Assembly (NCBI RefSeq): GCF_964355755.1
Contig: NC_092680.1
Location: 10,044,001-10,108,000, forward strand
Direction of reading: 5' to 3'
DNA: 64,000 bases
Origin: Antedon mediterranea
Lineage: Eukaryota; Animalia; Echinodermata
The translations under genes and the position numbers were made by a program. Within the stretch, counting starts at the first letter, position 1. Each line of letters starts with the position of its first letter. The notes under the pieces were generated by a model. It was not told the origin of the DNA, did no database searches, and saw only the letters and a program-made list of their open reading frames with translations. Below are positions 62,281 to 64,000 of the stretch, one piece after another.

Positions 62281-64000
62281 TAGGCCATTTTATAAATTAT
62301 AATAGCAGTAATGAGTAGAATAGAACTAAATAAAACATTTAAATTGTCATTACACCAAATACGTACGTAGGCTCTGGCCTAGCTAGTACCAGCCATTAGA
62401 TAGGCCTAGTCTAGTAGTATTATTAGTAAGTAGTAGGAGCTAGTACATAAGATCATATTTATTTCTATATTTATTAGATAGCCTAGGCTACCGATAAAAT
62501 TCAAACAACGTTTTTCGCAAGTAAATAAAGTATGCTAAACCGGTATACTACTAGGAGGTAGGCCTAGAAAAAACAAGGGGCCATTTTCACAAATCGACGA
62601 TGTTGTTTGCAGTTTTTCTTTATAAAATATGACAGAGGTCAGAAAGTGCAGCCGCCGACGACGACCGAGCGTCGCTCGGTTGCCTACAGTTCCAACTCGT
62701 GGTCGACTCGGCTCCCTGGTGGCCTGCATATCATCGGGTGAATCATCAGGTACGTCGTTCGATCCTCTCAATTCGTCATGCCACGTGCGAGCTTTGGGTG
62801 GTCAAATTACATCGTTATGTTAAACGATATTATTCCGCGACGTGTGTTGTAGCAATGGAGATGGAGTAACAATAATTCGGCAAATAATGCCGAAGAGGAA
62901 AACCATGACCCAAAACAGAAGTGGGGTCATTGTATAATAATAATAATTATTTTTTAACGATGAATACATTCGGATTTTGAATATGAAGTCGATCACTTCC
63001 GCCGAGGAAAAAAAAAAAAAACACAATTATAGTGGTGATAGTAAATACAATTATATCGAATCTCAATTTATTCCCGGTAGCGAACAGATTGAATTGCTTT
63101 CATTTATCTCAGCGGTATTTCTGCTTGGTGATTAAGAAATCATAAAACATATCTTTCTTTATTTTCATGGTATTCCAATATGTTTAAAAAATAACTATCC
63201 TCAACTTTAAATAACAAATTAAATAAGTCTACTAAACATTGTTGATTTCCCATGGACCCAACAATACCCCAACTATTTCATTAGTAATTGTTTATTTGTA
63301 ACAGTTTATTTGAAATCCTTGTCCTTTGTTAATTCAATCCTTTTTAAAGTATACACTAACAGTGCATATTCAATATTATAGTAAAACGTCAATACGTAGT
63401 TACGAGGCGGTATCAACTAGGCTCATAGTTGTTTACCACGCCAATGATATGAATAAAGCCTATCTTATTAAATAGTATCGCGCCAGCGCATATACAAAAA
63501 AAAGTTACAAAGGTTCACATATTTATATTAACGATTTTTTTTTTAAATTTACGAATGAAATAATAAAAATAATTAAATACCGCTCGGCTTATCAATGACG
63601 GAGGCATAAAAATGGGGGCGTAGGGTACCATTTTACCAGGGAGATGTAAAATAATTATTTAACAAACATTTAACTGGTTGGTTTTACTGCGTTCGCGTAC
63701 AATTTATCATTTGGATTTTTTAAGTTATATGTAGGTTATGTTAAATTGTATTTATCAGTGACAACTCTAGGAAATTTACAGCAATTAGTTCTGTATGCCT
63801 AAAATAGTAAAATGCTCTAAAATGTCGGAGCTTCTTTTTTGTATTTCTGGTTGTTGAATGTTTTTGTTGGCACCCCCTAACTCTGCAACGATGATATCCA
63901 TAATGCATCGTATTTCCATTTCACCGTTGTTGATATACTACTAGCTAGAGTAGGTTATTAAAATAATACAATATAACCAAATCTAATATATGGGGGAAAG

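Noticed and set aside
62535-62823. GC-rich short ORFs on both strands as further exons
   Set aside because: No recognisable NOL6 or transposase similarity and no fitting splice sites found.

Overview
AT-rich eukaryotic (animal, probably invertebrate) genomic DNA, not prokaryotic; no CRISPR, rRNA or complete tRNA gene was found. The first ~39 kb is intergenic and made almost entirely of transposable elements: decayed LINEs (CR1/L2 group, RTEX-like, RTE), non-autonomous Helitrons, DNA-transposon MITEs (Tc2-like, PIF/Harbinger-like, Kolobok-like, hAT-like), tRNA-derived SINEs and minisatellites. From 39.7 kb to the end lies a + strand multi-exon gene for nucleolar protein 6 (NOL6/Nrap/Utp22). 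I could splice 16 GT-AG exons by hand into one open frame of about 862 codons, and the gene continues past the window. The most interesting structures are: a 3.3-kb Helitron whose empty A^T site can be read from a paralogous sequence in the same window; a four-level nested insertion (L2 > RTE > Harbinger-like MITE > Tc2-like MITE) with all three TSDs visible; an intronic inverted Penelope-like remnant with U3-A8 variant hammerhead motifs; a Helentron/DINE-like element; and a Deu/Nin-domain SINE. I do not see evidence for a wholly new biological system. These appear to be members of known element classes, possibly uncatalogued families. All family assignments come from motif recognition by eye, without database searches.
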